Of a stretch of 44,224 nucleotides of DNA, positions 6,981 through 16,505 are shown in pieces; positions within the stretch are counted from its first letter, which is position 1; every line of letters begins with the position of its first letter. Below the pieces are notes generated by a model. The model was not told the origin of the DNA. It did not search any database and worked only from the letters and a program-made list of their open reading frames with translations. The DNA is from a virus (lineage: Duplodnaviria; Caudoviricetes). The stretch covers positions 1 to 44,224 of the IMG/VR virus record IMGVR_UViG_3300012920_000078, one strand, 5' to 3'. Position numbers and translations under genes: made by a program.

Positions 6981-8948
6981 ATGGCATTAACAAAAATAAC
7001 AAACCCGAAGCTTTTTGATTTAAACAGTTTAACAGATGCATTACGTTTACCTAGTGGAGGCGTAGGCACAAGACCATCTTCAGCAGTTGCAGGAGAATGG
7101 AGATATAATACTGATGACAATAAAGTTGAGTATTATGATGGTGCTAATTGGTTTCAAATAGATGATGAACTATCAACTTTACTTCCGAAAGAAGGTGCGC
7201 AAGTTATGACTTATAAAGGTATTGCAGCAACTAGAACTTTAAACTCTAAATTTGACCAAGCAGCTAACTTTAGTGCTAATACTGAATACATTCAACTGTC
7301 GAGCAACCCTCTAAATTTTGGCACATCAAATTATACTATATCTGGTTGGATTAATACTACAACTCTTGGTGCAAATCAAGCTCTGGTTAATAATTATTCT
7401 GGTGCAACGGGGGGTTTGATGATAAATGTAGTACTGCCTAATGGTATTGTAAGATTATATCATGACGGAGGTACACTGGTGCAAATTTACACAAGCGCAC
7501 TAACAGCAGGTCAATGGCATCACATTTGTTGTACTATGGACCATAGCGCTGAAGCTAAAATATATTTAGATGGAAATTTAGAGGACACCAAAACAGGTAG
7601 TAATTTAGGAACAAGTGCAGGAACTACTTTTTATATTGGTAATGAACCTGCTCATTCACAATATTTTATGCAAGGAAGTATAGACCAATTACGAATATAT
7701 GATTCAGTATTGAGTCCTGCTGAAGTTTTATCTTTATATAATGATGAAACAGCTACTACCGCATCGTCATTAAATTTTCCATCTGGAAAAACTGCTACAG
7801 CCACTTATATGTTTGACGGCAATGCAAATGACGTATCAGGAAATTTTAATGGAACATCTGCTACAAGTACAATAGGTGGTGGAGCAAATACAGGTGCTTT
7901 GAATGTAGGATATGTAGGAACACAATTTCAACCCGACATGGTTTGGATGCGGTCTAGAAGTACTGTATCTAATTGGCAAGTTTATGATAGTGTTTCCGCC
8001 ACACCTGGCACTAGTGTATCTAATTCTAGAAAATATTGGAATTTAAATAATTCGATGGTAGATGACCCAAGTGGATTAACCGCTTTTGAAACAAATGGTT
8101 TTACCATGGGTTCTAGTGGTAATGTGAACACAAATGGTGGTTATTATGGAGCAATGGCATTGAGGGCTGGTGGTGCACCCACAGCAACAAATTCAGCTGG
8201 CGCAGGAAGTGTGCCTACAGCAGGTAGTGTAAAAATAAATGGCGAAGATTCTACTACAGCTCTAGCGGGAACACTGGCGGCTAAAAGAATATCAGCTAAC
8301 ACGTTGACAGGATTTTCTATTGTAAACTACACATCAACAGGAACAGCGGGAAGCACAGTAGCACACGGTTTAGGAGTTGCTCCTACTACAATAATATTTA
8401 AATCAAATTCTGCCACTGGTAATTGGTTGATTTTTAATGTTGGATTAGGTGATAATTATTTATATATGAACTCATCAGCTGGAGGTAGTTCTACTAATTG
8501 GTGTTCTGTAAGTAATACTACATTTACTCTTAATACAGCTATTGGTGGTGATAATAATACAAACAATGTTACATATACTGCTTATTGTTTTGCAAACGGT
8601 ACACACTTCCATTCAGGAACATATACAGGGAACGGAAGTGGGGCAACTGGTACTAATGCTGTAGTTAAAACTATAACTACAGGATTTCAACCTTCTTTTG
8701 TTATCTTTAATAGAAATGGTGACCACGCTGTAACTTTTGATAACCAAAGAATTAATAACCAAGGTTCAAGCCGTCAGATATATAATTTTTTATATATGAG
8801 TTTACAAAATACTGAAAGTCAAGCTACATATCAAAATGGATATTGGTCTTTGGTTAATTTTGCATCTACAGGTTTAGAGCTAGGACAAGACGCATCACAA
8901 CAAGTAAACATGAATGGTCAAACTTATTGGTATTTAGCTATTGCTTAA
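6981..8948 (+). CDS. Fibre/adhesin with LamG (concanavalin A-like) domain and C-terminal repeat domain
   Basis: Shared N-terminal module, LamG signature (YTISGWINT...GQWHHICCT...KIYLDG...FYIG...GSIDQLRIYDSVLSPAEV), and a C-terminal FQPDMVW.RSR / GFSIVNYT / VAHGLGVAP region. Confidence 0.85.
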   Translation: MALTKITNPKLFDLNSLTDALRLPSGGVGTRPSSAVAGEWRYNTDDNKVEYYDGANWFQIDDELSTLLPKEGAQVMTYKGIAATRTLNSKFDQAANFSANTEYIQLSSNPLNFGTSNYTISGWINTTTLGANQALVNNYSGATGGLMINVVLPNGIVRLYHDGGTLVQIYTSALTAGQWHHICCTMDHSAEAKIYLDGNLEDTKTGSNLGTSAGTTFYIGNEPAHSQYFMQGSIDQLRIYDSVLSPAEVLSLYNDETATTASSLNFPSGKTATATYMFDGNANDVSGNFNGTSATSTIGGGANTGALNVGYVGTQFQPDMVWMRSRSTVSNWQVYDSVSATPGTSVSNSRKYWNLNNSMVDDPSGLTAFETNGFTMGSSGNVNTNGGYYGAMALRAGGAPTATNSAGAGSVPTAGSVKINGEDSTTALAGTLAAKRISANTLTGFSIVNYTSTGTAGSTVAHGLGVAPTTIIFKSNSATGNWLIFNVGLGDNYLYMNSSAGGSSTNWCSVSNTTFTLNTAIGGDNNTNNVTYTAYCFANGTHFHSGTYTGNGSGATGTNAVVKTITTGFQPSFVIFNRNGDHAVTFDNQRINNQGSSRQIYNFLYMSLQNTESQATYQNGYWSLVNFASTGLELGQDASQQVNMNGQTYWYLAIA

Positions 8949-8957
8949 ATTTATATT

Positions 8958-9035
8958 ATGAAATACAAAACCAACACTTCAGCAGGAGAAATAAAAATTG
9001 TTTATATTTACAATTCAAAAAATGGACATAACTGA
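8958..9035 (+). CDS. Possible 25-aa peptide
   Basis: MKYKTNTSAGEIKIVYIYNSKNGHN*; fills the gap and overlaps the next start. Confidence 0.3.
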   Translation: MKYKTNTSAGEIKIVYIYNSKNGHN

Positions 9036-9177
9036 TTTGAAGATTTACGGACTGAACTTAACAACATTTAGTTTGTCAATGACAGACATTGATGTAATTT
9101 TAAAAATAATATTGTTAGCTGTTTCAATAGGCTATACCATACAGAAATGGTACATGTTGAGTGGAAAGAATAAGTAA
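9022..9177 (+). CDS. Small membrane protein, putative holin (51 aa)
   Basis: Not in the ORF track. MDITDLKIYGLNLTTFSLSMTDIDVILKIILLAVSIGYTIQKWYMLSGKNK* has a hydrophobic helix and a basic C-terminus, and overlaps the endolysin start. Confidence 0.65.
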   Translation: MDITDLKIYGLNLTTFSLSMTDIDVILKIILLAVSIGYTIQKWYMLSGKNK

Positions 9178-9622
9178 ACATATCTCGTATAAAGAAGCTA
9201 TAAAATCCAACACTGCTTTAAGATTAAATATAGACAACACTCCTGATAGTATATCACTAACTAATATGACGGGGGTAGCACACAATATATTTGAACCTTT
9301 ACGTTTATGGGTAGGAGGCCCAATTAAAATAAATTCTTTTTATAGATGTCCAAAACTTAATAAAGCTATTGGTGGCAGTAAACGTTCACAGCATTGTGAA
9401 GGAAGAGCTATAGATATAGATGATACATTTGGTTATAAAACAAACGCAGAAATGTTTCATTATATAAAAAATAATTTAAATTTTGACCAAATGATTTGGG
9501 AGTTTGGTGACGACAACAACCCAGCTTGGGTTCATGTTAGTTTTGATTCACTAGATGGAAACAGAGGTAGGCTGCTAAAAGCTATAAAACAAAATGGTAA
9601 ATCTAAATATATTTTAATATGA
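9161..9622 (+). CDS. Endolysin, peptidase M15 family (Peptidase_M15_3-like)
   Basis: INSFYRCPKLNKAIGGSKRSQHCEGRAIDI and WVHVS provide the H-x6-D...H zinc ligands of M15 peptidases. GTG start. Confidence 0.9.
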   Translation: MERISKHISYKEAIKSNTALRLNIDNTPDSISLTNMTGVAHNIFEPLRLWVGGPIKINSFYRCPKLNKAIGGSKRSQHCEGRAIDIDDTFGYKTNAEMFHYIKNNLNFDQMIWEFGDDNNPAWVHVSFDSLDGNRGRLLKAIKQNGKSKYILI

Positions 9623-10104
9623 GTAGACCAAGGAAAAAGTTCGGGCAAACAACAGTAGGTAAAATATTAAAAGGAGCAGTAGGTTTGGTAAATCCAACAT
9701 TAGGGTCTTTGATACAAGGTGAGATGTCTGTAGAAGAAGTTATATCTTCTATCAAAAATGCAGATGCTCCAGTTGAAGACAAAATAAAAGCACAAGAAAT
9801 GATTCTCGAAGCTTATGAAGCGGAAGTACAAGATAGAGCTTCAGCAAGACAAAGAGAGATGGCTGCAATACAAGCAGGCTCAAATGACATCCTTTTTAAA
9901 ACTGTTGGGTGGGGTATAACCTTATCTTTTGTTGCGGTAGTTGCAGGAGCAATAGGGCTTTGGGAAATACCTAAAGAATCGCAAAGATTATTTGATATGG
10001 GGTTTGGAGCAGTTGTTGCAGCTTTTACACAAGTCATAGGTTATTACTTTGGAAGCTCGATGGGTTCAAAAAGCAAGACACAAATGATGAACAAGAATGG
10101 CTAA
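9619..10104 (+). CDS. Holin-like membrane protein (3TM-holin type)
   Basis: Next to the endolysin; DRASARQRE, two TM segments and a C-terminal YYFGSSxGS. Confidence 0.7.
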   Translation: MSRPRKKFGQTTVGKILKGAVGLVNPTLGSLIQGEMSVEEVISSIKNADAPVEDKIKAQEMILEAYEAEVQDRASARQREMAAIQAGSNDILFKTVGWGITLSFVAVVAGAIGLWEIPKESQRLFDMGFGAVVAAFTQVIGYYFGSSMGSKSKTQMMNKNG

Positions 10105-10231
10105 AAGTGTAGCTTTTGTTTATCGTGGTAAAAACAAAAAAAAGAGACCAGGTGTTCATGCTAAAAGTAAAACATCTCGTTTAAAATCTTCAAAACTGTA
10201 CAAGAAAAAATACAGAAGACAAGGCCGTTAA
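10097..10231 (+). CDS. Highly basic 44-aa peptide ending KKYRRQGR
   Basis: Not in the ORF track. MAKSVAFVYRGKNKKKRPGVHAKSKTSRLKSSKLYKKKYRRQGR* resembles the small phage 'K.YRGQGR' peptides. Confidence 0.7.
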   Translation: MAKSVAFVYRGKNKKKRPGVHAKSKTSRLKSSKLYKKKYRRQGR

Positions 10232-10239
10232 ATTATTAG

Positions 10240-10247
10240 TATCTTTG
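10240..10247 (+). promoter_or_regulatory. Bacteroidota -7 promoter box (TATCTTTG)
   Basis: TAnnTTTG, intergenic, 20 nt before ATG 10268. Confidence 0.7.
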
Positions 10248-10267
10248 TTATAATTTAATTTAATATA

Positions 10268-10492
10268 ATGGATATAAGAAAACTTTCTATTGGCCCTGAT
10301 TATAAATCAGGAGCTATTCATTATTTTGTAGGACAAGAAATTCTAGGCGGTTCGCATACAATACATTTAATAAAACACAATAAAGATTCAGATACTCTAC
10401 AGATTTGGATTAAAAAGGGGCATGAAATATTTTTATGGAAAGAATACAACCACACGATGCCAGTGTCATTAGAATATAATATAAACTTTTAA
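10268..10492 (+). CDS. Conserved hypothetical phage protein (74 aa)
   Basis: IRKLSIGPDYK..A.HY.VGQ...WK.YN..MPVSLEYNINF; follows a promoter box and is TAATG-coupled to the next gene. Confidence 0.75.
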   Translation: MDIRKLSIGPDYKSGAIHYFVGQEILGGSHTIHLIKHNKDSDTLQIWIKKGHEIFLWKEYNHTMPVSLEYNINF

Positions 10493-11055
10493 TGAGGTCG
10501 CCTTTTTATTTTATTGTAAAACCTCTACTTGGTAAAAGGTATACAAACAGTAAAGAAATAGAAAATGTAGATTTTATAACTAACACATCTGAAGAAAATC
10601 ATTTAGCCTCTAATAGAGAGGCGGTAGTTGTATCGACACCTTTAAACTATAAAGGAGATATTGTTGCTGGAGATATTTTGTTGGTTCATCATAATGTTTT
10701 TAAATTTTACAATGACATGAAAGGAAATCAAAAAAGTGGAAAAAGTTATTTTATGGATGACCTTTTTTTTGTAGATAATGACCAGTTTTTTTTGTATAAA
10801 AGAAAAAACAAATGGTTTGCTCATGATAAGTATTGTTTTGTAAAACCAATAAAAGCTACAGAGTCTTATATATTTAAACCTTTTGCTGAAGAACCCCTAA
10901 TAGGTGAATTAAAATATTTAAACAAATATTTAAAAGACAAAGGATTGAAACAAGGAGATAAAATATGTTTTAAACCTGAATCTGAATATGAGTTTACTGT
11001 GGATGGTGAAAAATTATATAGAATGTTTGATAATCATATAACCGTGAAACTATGA
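10492..11055 (+). CDS. Tandem GroES-like co-chaperonin protein
   Basis: Two GroES-like halves: FIVKP...EAVVVSTP....IVAGDILLVHH and CFVKPI...G.LKY...GLKQGDKICF....YEFTVDGEKLYRM. Confidence 0.6.
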   Translation: MRSPFYFIVKPLLGKRYTNSKEIENVDFITNTSEENHLASNREAVVVSTPLNYKGDIVAGDILLVHHNVFKFYNDMKGNQKSGKSYFMDDLFFVDNDQFFLYKRKNKWFAHDKYCFVKPIKATESYIFKPFAEEPLIGELKYLNKYLKDKGLKQGDKICFKPESEYEFTVDGEKLYRMFDNHITVKL

Positions 11056-11522
11056 ATTATTTTGTTAATTGGGTTGACAACGTTTTAAGTAACCCATATC
11101 AATACGTAGATGAAGTTTTAAAAAATCCTTTTCAAGATTTTAAAGATGGAGATAAAACATTTAAAAATATTCAAATGAGAGAAAATGATGAGTTTGAAAA
11201 GATAGCGAAATCATATTTTCCTGACTATAAAGTAAACTACAATTTTATTAGACAATCTCCTTACAAACAAAAAGAACCTAATTATATTCATTCAGATGAA
11301 ATGATGGGAGACAAAACGCTTTTGTTATATTTAAATAAAATCTATCCTAAAGATGCTGGTACAACCCTTTATGAAAACAATACTCCAATGTGTAAATTAT
11401 TTTATAAATTTAATAGAATGGTTGTCTTTGATTCTTATCTTTTACATTCTAGAAATTTATATGACAACTTTGGTGAGTATAATAATTCAAGACTTATTCA
11501 AGTAATATTTTTACAAAAATGA
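11052..11522 (+). CDS. 2OG-Fe(II) oxygenase (DUF6445-like)
   Basis: HxD (IHSDE), LLYLN, GTTLY, FNRMVVFDSYLLHS and C-terminal SRLIQVIF give the HxD...H...R jelly-roll signature. Confidence 0.8.
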   Translation: MNYFVNWVDNVLSNPYQYVDEVLKNPFQDFKDGDKTFKNIQMRENDEFEKIAKSYFPDYKVNYNFIRQSPYKQKEPNYIHSDEMMGDKTLLLYLNKIYPKDAGTTLYENNTPMCKLFYKFNRMVVFDSYLLHSRNLYDNFGEYNNSRLIQVIFLQK

Positions 11523-11794
11523 AATCAGAAGATTTAAAGAAAAAAATAATTGAAGCTGGAAGAAAAGCTGTTGAACAGCTTATTAAAGTAGCAAGAGAAG
11601 ATATTATAAAACCAGACCCTGAGGATGAACTAGCTGCTGACAGATTAAAAAATGCAGCGGCTACAAAAAAACTAGCAATATTTGATGCGTTTGATATACT
11701 CAATAAAATAGATGTTGAGGAAGAAAACATAAATAGCGTTTTAGATAATAAAATAGAAACAAAACAAGGATTTGCAGAACGAAGGTCAAAATAG
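11519..11794 (+). CDS. terS: Terminase small subunit (putative)
   Basis: 91-aa helical protein overlapping the 5' end of TerL; the assignment is positional. Confidence 0.55.
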   Translation: MKSEDLKKKIIEAGRKAVEQLIKVAREDIIKPDPEDELAADRLKNAAATKKLAIFDAFDILNKIDVEEENINSVLDNKIETKQGFAERRSK

Positions 11795-14018
11795 TATTTA
11801 TAGAAAACTATCAGGTTATATTCCGTCATCAGTTTTAAGTAGAAAAAATAAAGCTAAAACTTGGGAGTATGGGTATAATAATAAATATGAATTTATCAAC
11901 ATATCAAAAACAGGGCAGATAGGTGATATAATTTCAATATCTAATCTAATCATAGCTTTACCACCCACACCAAAAAAATGCTATGCACGCAGTGTAAATA
12001 AAAAAGAACAATATTGGCAAAGAAAAGATTTGCCTAGAGATTTAGGTAAAATTCAATCTATATTTCAGTGGAACGAAATGCCTTCATTGTTCAAGCAAAA
12101 ATGGGTGGGGTATATAGAAGAAGAATTTGATAATAGAGAATTAGGCTACTGGTTTATGAATAATGGGAGACCCACATATATTACAGGAGCTCATTACATG
12201 TATTTACAATGGTCTACTATAGATGTGGGATACCCAGATTATCGTGAAGCAAATAGGTTATTTTACATATTTTGGGAGGCATGTAAAGCTGATACCAGAA
12301 GTTTTGGAATGATATATTTAAAAATAAGAAGGTCTGGGTTTTCATTTATGGGCTCATCAGAGTGTGTCAATACAGGAACATTAGCTAAAGATTCTAGAGT
12401 TGGAATACTATCTAAAACAGGAGCTGATTCAAAAAAAATGTTTACAGACAAAGTTGTTCCAATAGCAAACCGACTACCATTCTTTTTTAAACCAATACAA
12501 GACGGTATGGATAAACCAAAAACAGAGCTAGCCTTTAGAGTTCCCGCTTCAAAAATTACCAAAAAAAATATGCACGAAATATTTGATGATGAACTTACAG
12601 GGTTAGACACCACAATAGATTGGAAAAATACAGATGACAACTCCTATGATGGAGAAAAACTTTTACTCTTAGTTCATGATGAAAGCGGTAAATGGATAAA
12701 ACCAAATAACATTTTAAATAACTGGAGAGTTACCAAGACTTGTTTGCGATTAGGTAGTAAAATAATTGGAAAGTGTTTGATGGGTTCAACTTCAAACGCT
12801 TTAGATAAAGGTGGCAATAACTTTAAAAAACTATATGAAGATTCCAATGTAAAGTCTAGAAATGCTAATGGTCAAACAAAAAGTGGTTTATATAGTTTAT
12901 TTATACCTATGGAATGGAACATGGAAGGTTTTATTGACATATACGGTCAACCAGTTTTAAATAAACCTGATGACAAAGTTAAAGGAGTCGATAATGAGTG
13001 GATATACAACGGGGCTGTCGATTATTGGAAAGCTGAAGTAGAATCATTAAAATCTGACGCTGATGCTTTGAATGAATATTACAGACAGTTTCCACGTTCC
13101 GAGTCTCATGCGTTTAGAGATGAAAGTAAAGGTTCTTTGTTTAATTTAACAAAAATATATCAACAAATAGACTACAACGATTCTTTGATAATGCAACATC
13201 ATATAACTAGAGGTAGTTTTTACTGGGACAATGGTATAAAAGACAGTAAGGTTATATTTAGACCTGATAAAAGTGGTAGGTTTCAAGTGAGCTGGATTCC
13301 TCCAAAATCACTTCAAAACAAAGTTGTTGATAGAAGAAATGGTAAATTCCCAATGAACGAACATATTGGTGCGTTTGGGTGTGATTCATATGATATATCT
13401 GGTACTGTTGGAGGAAGAGGTTCAAATGGTGCTTTACATGGTTTAACAAAATTTAGCATGGAGGATGCACCTAGTAATGAGTTTTTTTTAGAATACATAG
13501 CTAGACCTCAAACGGCAGAAATATTTTTCGAAGAGGTTTTGATGGCTTGTGTTTTTTACAGCATGCCCATTCTTATAGAAAACAACAAACCTAGACTGTT
13601 GTATCATTTTAAAAATAGAGGTTATAGAGGTTTTTGTATGAATAGACCTGATAAACATCTTAATAAATTATCTAAAAGTGAAAAGGAGCTAGGTGGTATA
13701 CCAAACTCTTCAGAGGATGTTAAACAGTCTCATGCGGCAGCTATAGAATCCTATATAGAAAAAAACGTAGGATTAGATTTTGAAGGTCAGTTTAGAGAAA
13801 GCGATACTATGGGTTCTATGTTGTTTACTAGGACATTAGAAGATTGGGCTAAGTTTGACATAAGCAATAGAACTCAATATGATGCTACTATAAGTTCAGG
13901 TTTAGCTATTATGGCAAATCAAAAACATATGTATCTACCGCAAAAAAAAGAATCAAAAATAAAGCTTAACTTTGCAAGGTATACTAATAAAGGAACAATA
14001 AGTGAATTGTTAACATAA
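11772..14018 (+). CDS. terL: Terminase large subunit
   Basis: Walker A-like LKIRRSGFS, Walker B LLVHDESGK, coupling motif MGSTSN, and RNase H-like nuclease motifs FGCDSYD, IENN and YDATISSG. Confidence 0.92.
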   Translation: MQNEGQNSIYRKLSGYIPSSVLSRKNKAKTWEYGYNNKYEFINISKTGQIGDIISISNLIIALPPTPKKCYARSVNKKEQYWQRKDLPRDLGKIQSIFQWNEMPSLFKQKWVGYIEEEFDNRELGYWFMNNGRPTYITGAHYMYLQWSTIDVGYPDYREANRLFYIFWEACKADTRSFGMIYLKIRRSGFSFMGSSECVNTGTLAKDSRVGILSKTGADSKKMFTDKVVPIANRLPFFFKPIQDGMDKPKTELAFRVPASKITKKNMHEIFDDELTGLDTTIDWKNTDDNSYDGEKLLLLVHDESGKWIKPNNILNNWRVTKTCLRLGSKIIGKCLMGSTSNALDKGGNNFKKLYEDSNVKSRNANGQTKSGLYSLFIPMEWNMEGFIDIYGQPVLNKPDDKVKGVDNEWIYNGAVDYWKAEVESLKSDADALNEYYRQFPRSESHAFRDESKGSLFNLTKIYQQIDYNDSLIMQHHITRGSFYWDNGIKDSKVIFRPDKSGRFQVSWIPPKSLQNKVVDRRNGKFPMNEHIGAFGCDSYDISGTVGGRGSNGALHGLTKFSMEDAPSNEFFLEYIARPQTAEIFFEEVLMACVFYSMPILIENNKPRLLYHFKNRGYRGFCMNRPDKHLNKLSKSEKELGGIPNSSEDVKQSHAAAIESYIEKNVGLDFEGQFRESDTMGSMLFTRTLEDWAKFDISNRTQYDATISSGLAIMANQKHMYLPQKKESKIKLNFARYTNKGTISELLT
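13967..13974 (+). promoter_or_regulatory. Possible -7 promoter box (TAACTTTG) within the terL 3' end, upstream of portal
   Basis: TAnnTTTG(C) 44 nt before the portal ATG. Confidence 0.4.
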
Positions 14019-16454
14019 ATGAAGGATGTTACTATAGATATATCATCTGTTGGCTTCCCTAGTCAATTTGTTTCTGATGCAGAAAAAGCTACAGATGAGT
14101 TTGGACTTCAAATAGGGCAAGCTATTCAGTACGAATGGTTCAAAAAAGATGGAAATAATTGTAGGTATTATAATCAATGGAGAGATTTTCACCGTTTAAG
14201 ATTATATGCTAGAGGGGAACAATCTATTGCTAAGTATAAAAATGAGTTAGCTGTAGATGGTGATTTATCTTATTTAAATTTAGATTGGACACCAGTTCCT
14301 ATATTACCAAAATTTGTAGATATCGTTGTAAACGGAATGCAAGATAGAGAGTTTAAAGTAAAAGCCTTTGCTCAAGATGCATTATCTCAATCAAAGAGAA
14401 GTAAATATCAAGACATGGTAGAGGGCCAAATGGCTGCCAAAGATGTTTTGTCGGTAGTACAAGACACAACAGGGTTCAATCCTTTTACTATGAATCCTGA
14501 TAATTTACCAGAAAATGATGAGGAGTTAAATTTATACATGAATTTAAACTACAAACCAGCTATTGAAATTGCAGAAGAGCAAGCAATCAATACTGTTTTT
14601 GAAGAAAATCATTACGATGATATCAGAAAACAAATAGACTATGACAGTACAGTTCTAGGTATGTCGGTTGCTAAGCACGAGTTTTTGCCTGGCGCTGGTG
14701 TTAAAATATCTTATGTTGACCCAGCAAATGTGGTTTATAGTTATACCGAAGACCCACATTTTAAAGATTGTTTTTATTGGGGTGAAATCAAAACTTTACC
14801 TGTTGTAGAACTTTTAAAAATAGACCCAAAACTTACCAATGCAGATTTAGAGGAAATAACTAAATATAGCCAAAGTTGGTACGACTATTATAATGTTGCC
14901 CAATTTTACGAAAATGATATATTTTACAGAGACACTTGCACCTTAATGTACTTTAATTATAAAACCACTAAAAAAATGGTTTATAAAAAAAGAAAGCTAG
15001 AAGGTGGTGGTTCAAGGGTTATTGAAAAAGATGATAGTTTCAATCCTCCAGAAGAAATGATGGAAGAAGGTAAGTTTGAAAAACTAGAAAAAACAATTGA
15101 TGTTTGGTATGAGGGTATTATGGTTATGGGTACAAACATCATATTAAAATGGGAGCTTGCTAAAAATATGGTAAGACCTCAATCATCTTCTCAGCATGCA
15201 TTACCTAATTACATAGCAGTAGCACCAAGAATGTATAAAGGAGTTATAGAATCTTTAGTTAGGAGAATGATACCTTTTGCTGATTTAATACAAATAACAC
15301 ATTTAAAACTTCAACAAGTTATAGCCCGAACCGTTCCTGATGGGGTTTATATTGATGCTGATGGACTTAATGAGGTAGATTTAGGAACAGGTTCGGCATA
15401 TAATCCAGAAGATGCGCTAAGATTATATTTTCAAACTGGTAGTGTAGTTGGTAGAAGTTATACTCAAGAAGGTGATTTTAATCAAGGTAGAGTTCCTATT
15501 CAACAGTTAACTTCTAATTCAGGGGCATCAAAAACACAAATGCTTATTGCTAATTACAACCATTATTTAGATATGATACGTGCAGTTACAGGTTTAAATG
15601 AAGCACGTGATGGAAGCACACCTTCTCCTGACTCTTTGGTTGGGGTTCAAAAATTAGCAGCTCTAAATTCTAATACAGCGACAAGACATATTTTAGATGG
15701 AAGTCTGTACATATACAGAGGGCTTTCAGAAGCAATAACATATAGAGTTGCGGACATCTTAGAATATTCAGATTTTAAAGAAGACTTTATAAATAAAATT
15801 GGAAAATTCAATGTTAGTATATTAGGTGAAATATCTGAACTTTACATATATGATTTTGGTGTCTTTATAGAGTTAGCTCCAGATGAAGAGCAAAAAGCTA
15901 TGTTGGAGCAAAATATTCAAATGGCATTATCGAAGCAGGATATAAATTTAGAAGATGCTATAGATATACGTGAAATCAAAAATATAAAACTTGCAAACCA
16001 ATTATTAAAGGTAAAACGTAAATCTAAACAAGAGCAAGACCAGCAGCAAGAATTACAAAAACAAGCAATGATTAGCCAAAACCAAATACAATCACAAGAA
16101 ATGGCTGCTCAAGTTGCAATGCAAAAAATGCAAGCTGAAACACAAGGCAAAATACAAGTTAAACAAGCAGAAATAGCTTTTGAAATAGAAAAACAACAAG
16201 CCGAAGCTCAACTTAAAGCTCAACTAATGGAGCAAGAGTTTAATTACAACCTACAATTAAGAAACATGAGTGAACAAGCATTGTCTTTTAGAGAAGGTTC
16301 TAGAGAAGAAGCAAAGAAAAAACGTATCAGTCAACAAAACACTCAACAATCACAACTTATAAATCAACGTAAAAATAATTTACCACCTCAAAATTTTGAG
16401 TCCAATGAAGATACTTTAGATGGATTCGATTTAGCGGAATTTGAACCGAGATAA
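14019..16454 (+). CDS. Portal protein
   Basis: 811 aa directly after TerL; PILPKFVDIVVNG, VTGLNEARDG and a long Gln-rich C-terminal coiled coil, as in podovirus-type portals. Confidence 0.85.
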   Translation: MKDVTIDISSVGFPSQFVSDAEKATDEFGLQIGQAIQYEWFKKDGNNCRYYNQWRDFHRLRLYARGEQSIAKYKNELAVDGDLSYLNLDWTPVPILPKFVDIVVNGMQDREFKVKAFAQDALSQSKRSKYQDMVEGQMAAKDVLSVVQDTTGFNPFTMNPDNLPENDEELNLYMNLNYKPAIEIAEEQAINTVFEENHYDDIRKQIDYDSTVLGMSVAKHEFLPGAGVKISYVDPANVVYSYTEDPHFKDCFYWGEIKTLPVVELLKIDPKLTNADLEEITKYSQSWYDYYNVAQFYENDIFYRDTCTLMYFNYKTTKKMVYKKRKLEGGGSRVIEKDDSFNPPEEMMEEGKFEKLEKTIDVWYEGIMVMGTNIILKWELAKNMVRPQSSSQHALPNYIAVAPRMYKGVIESLVRRMIPFADLIQITHLKLQQVIARTVPDGVYIDADGLNEVDLGTGSAYNPEDALRLYFQTGSVVGRSYTQEGDFNQGRVPIQQLTSNSGASKTQMLIANYNHYLDMIRAVTGLNEARDGSTPSPDSLVGVQKLAALNSNTATRHILDGSLYIYRGLSEAITYRVADILEYSDFKEDFINKIGKFNVSILGEISELYIYDFGVFIELAPDEEQKAMLEQNIQMALSKQDINLEDAIDIREIKNIKLANQLLKVKRKSKQEQDQQQELQKQAMISQNQIQSQEMAAQVAMQKMQAETQGKIQVKQAEIAFEIEKQQAEAQLKAQLMEQEFNYNLQLRNMSEQALSFREGSREEAKKKRISQQNTQQSQLINQRKNNLPPQNFESNEDTLDGFDLAEFEPR

Positions 16455-16482
16455 TGCAAAAAAAGAGCATTGTTTTTTTATT

Positions 16483-16490
16483 TAACTTTG
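16483..16490 (+). promoter_or_regulatory. Bacteroidota -7 promoter box (TAACTTTG)
   Basis: Intergenic, 15 nt before the scaffold ATG. Confidence 0.7.
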
Positions 16491-16505
16491 TAAAAATTTA
16501 ATCTA

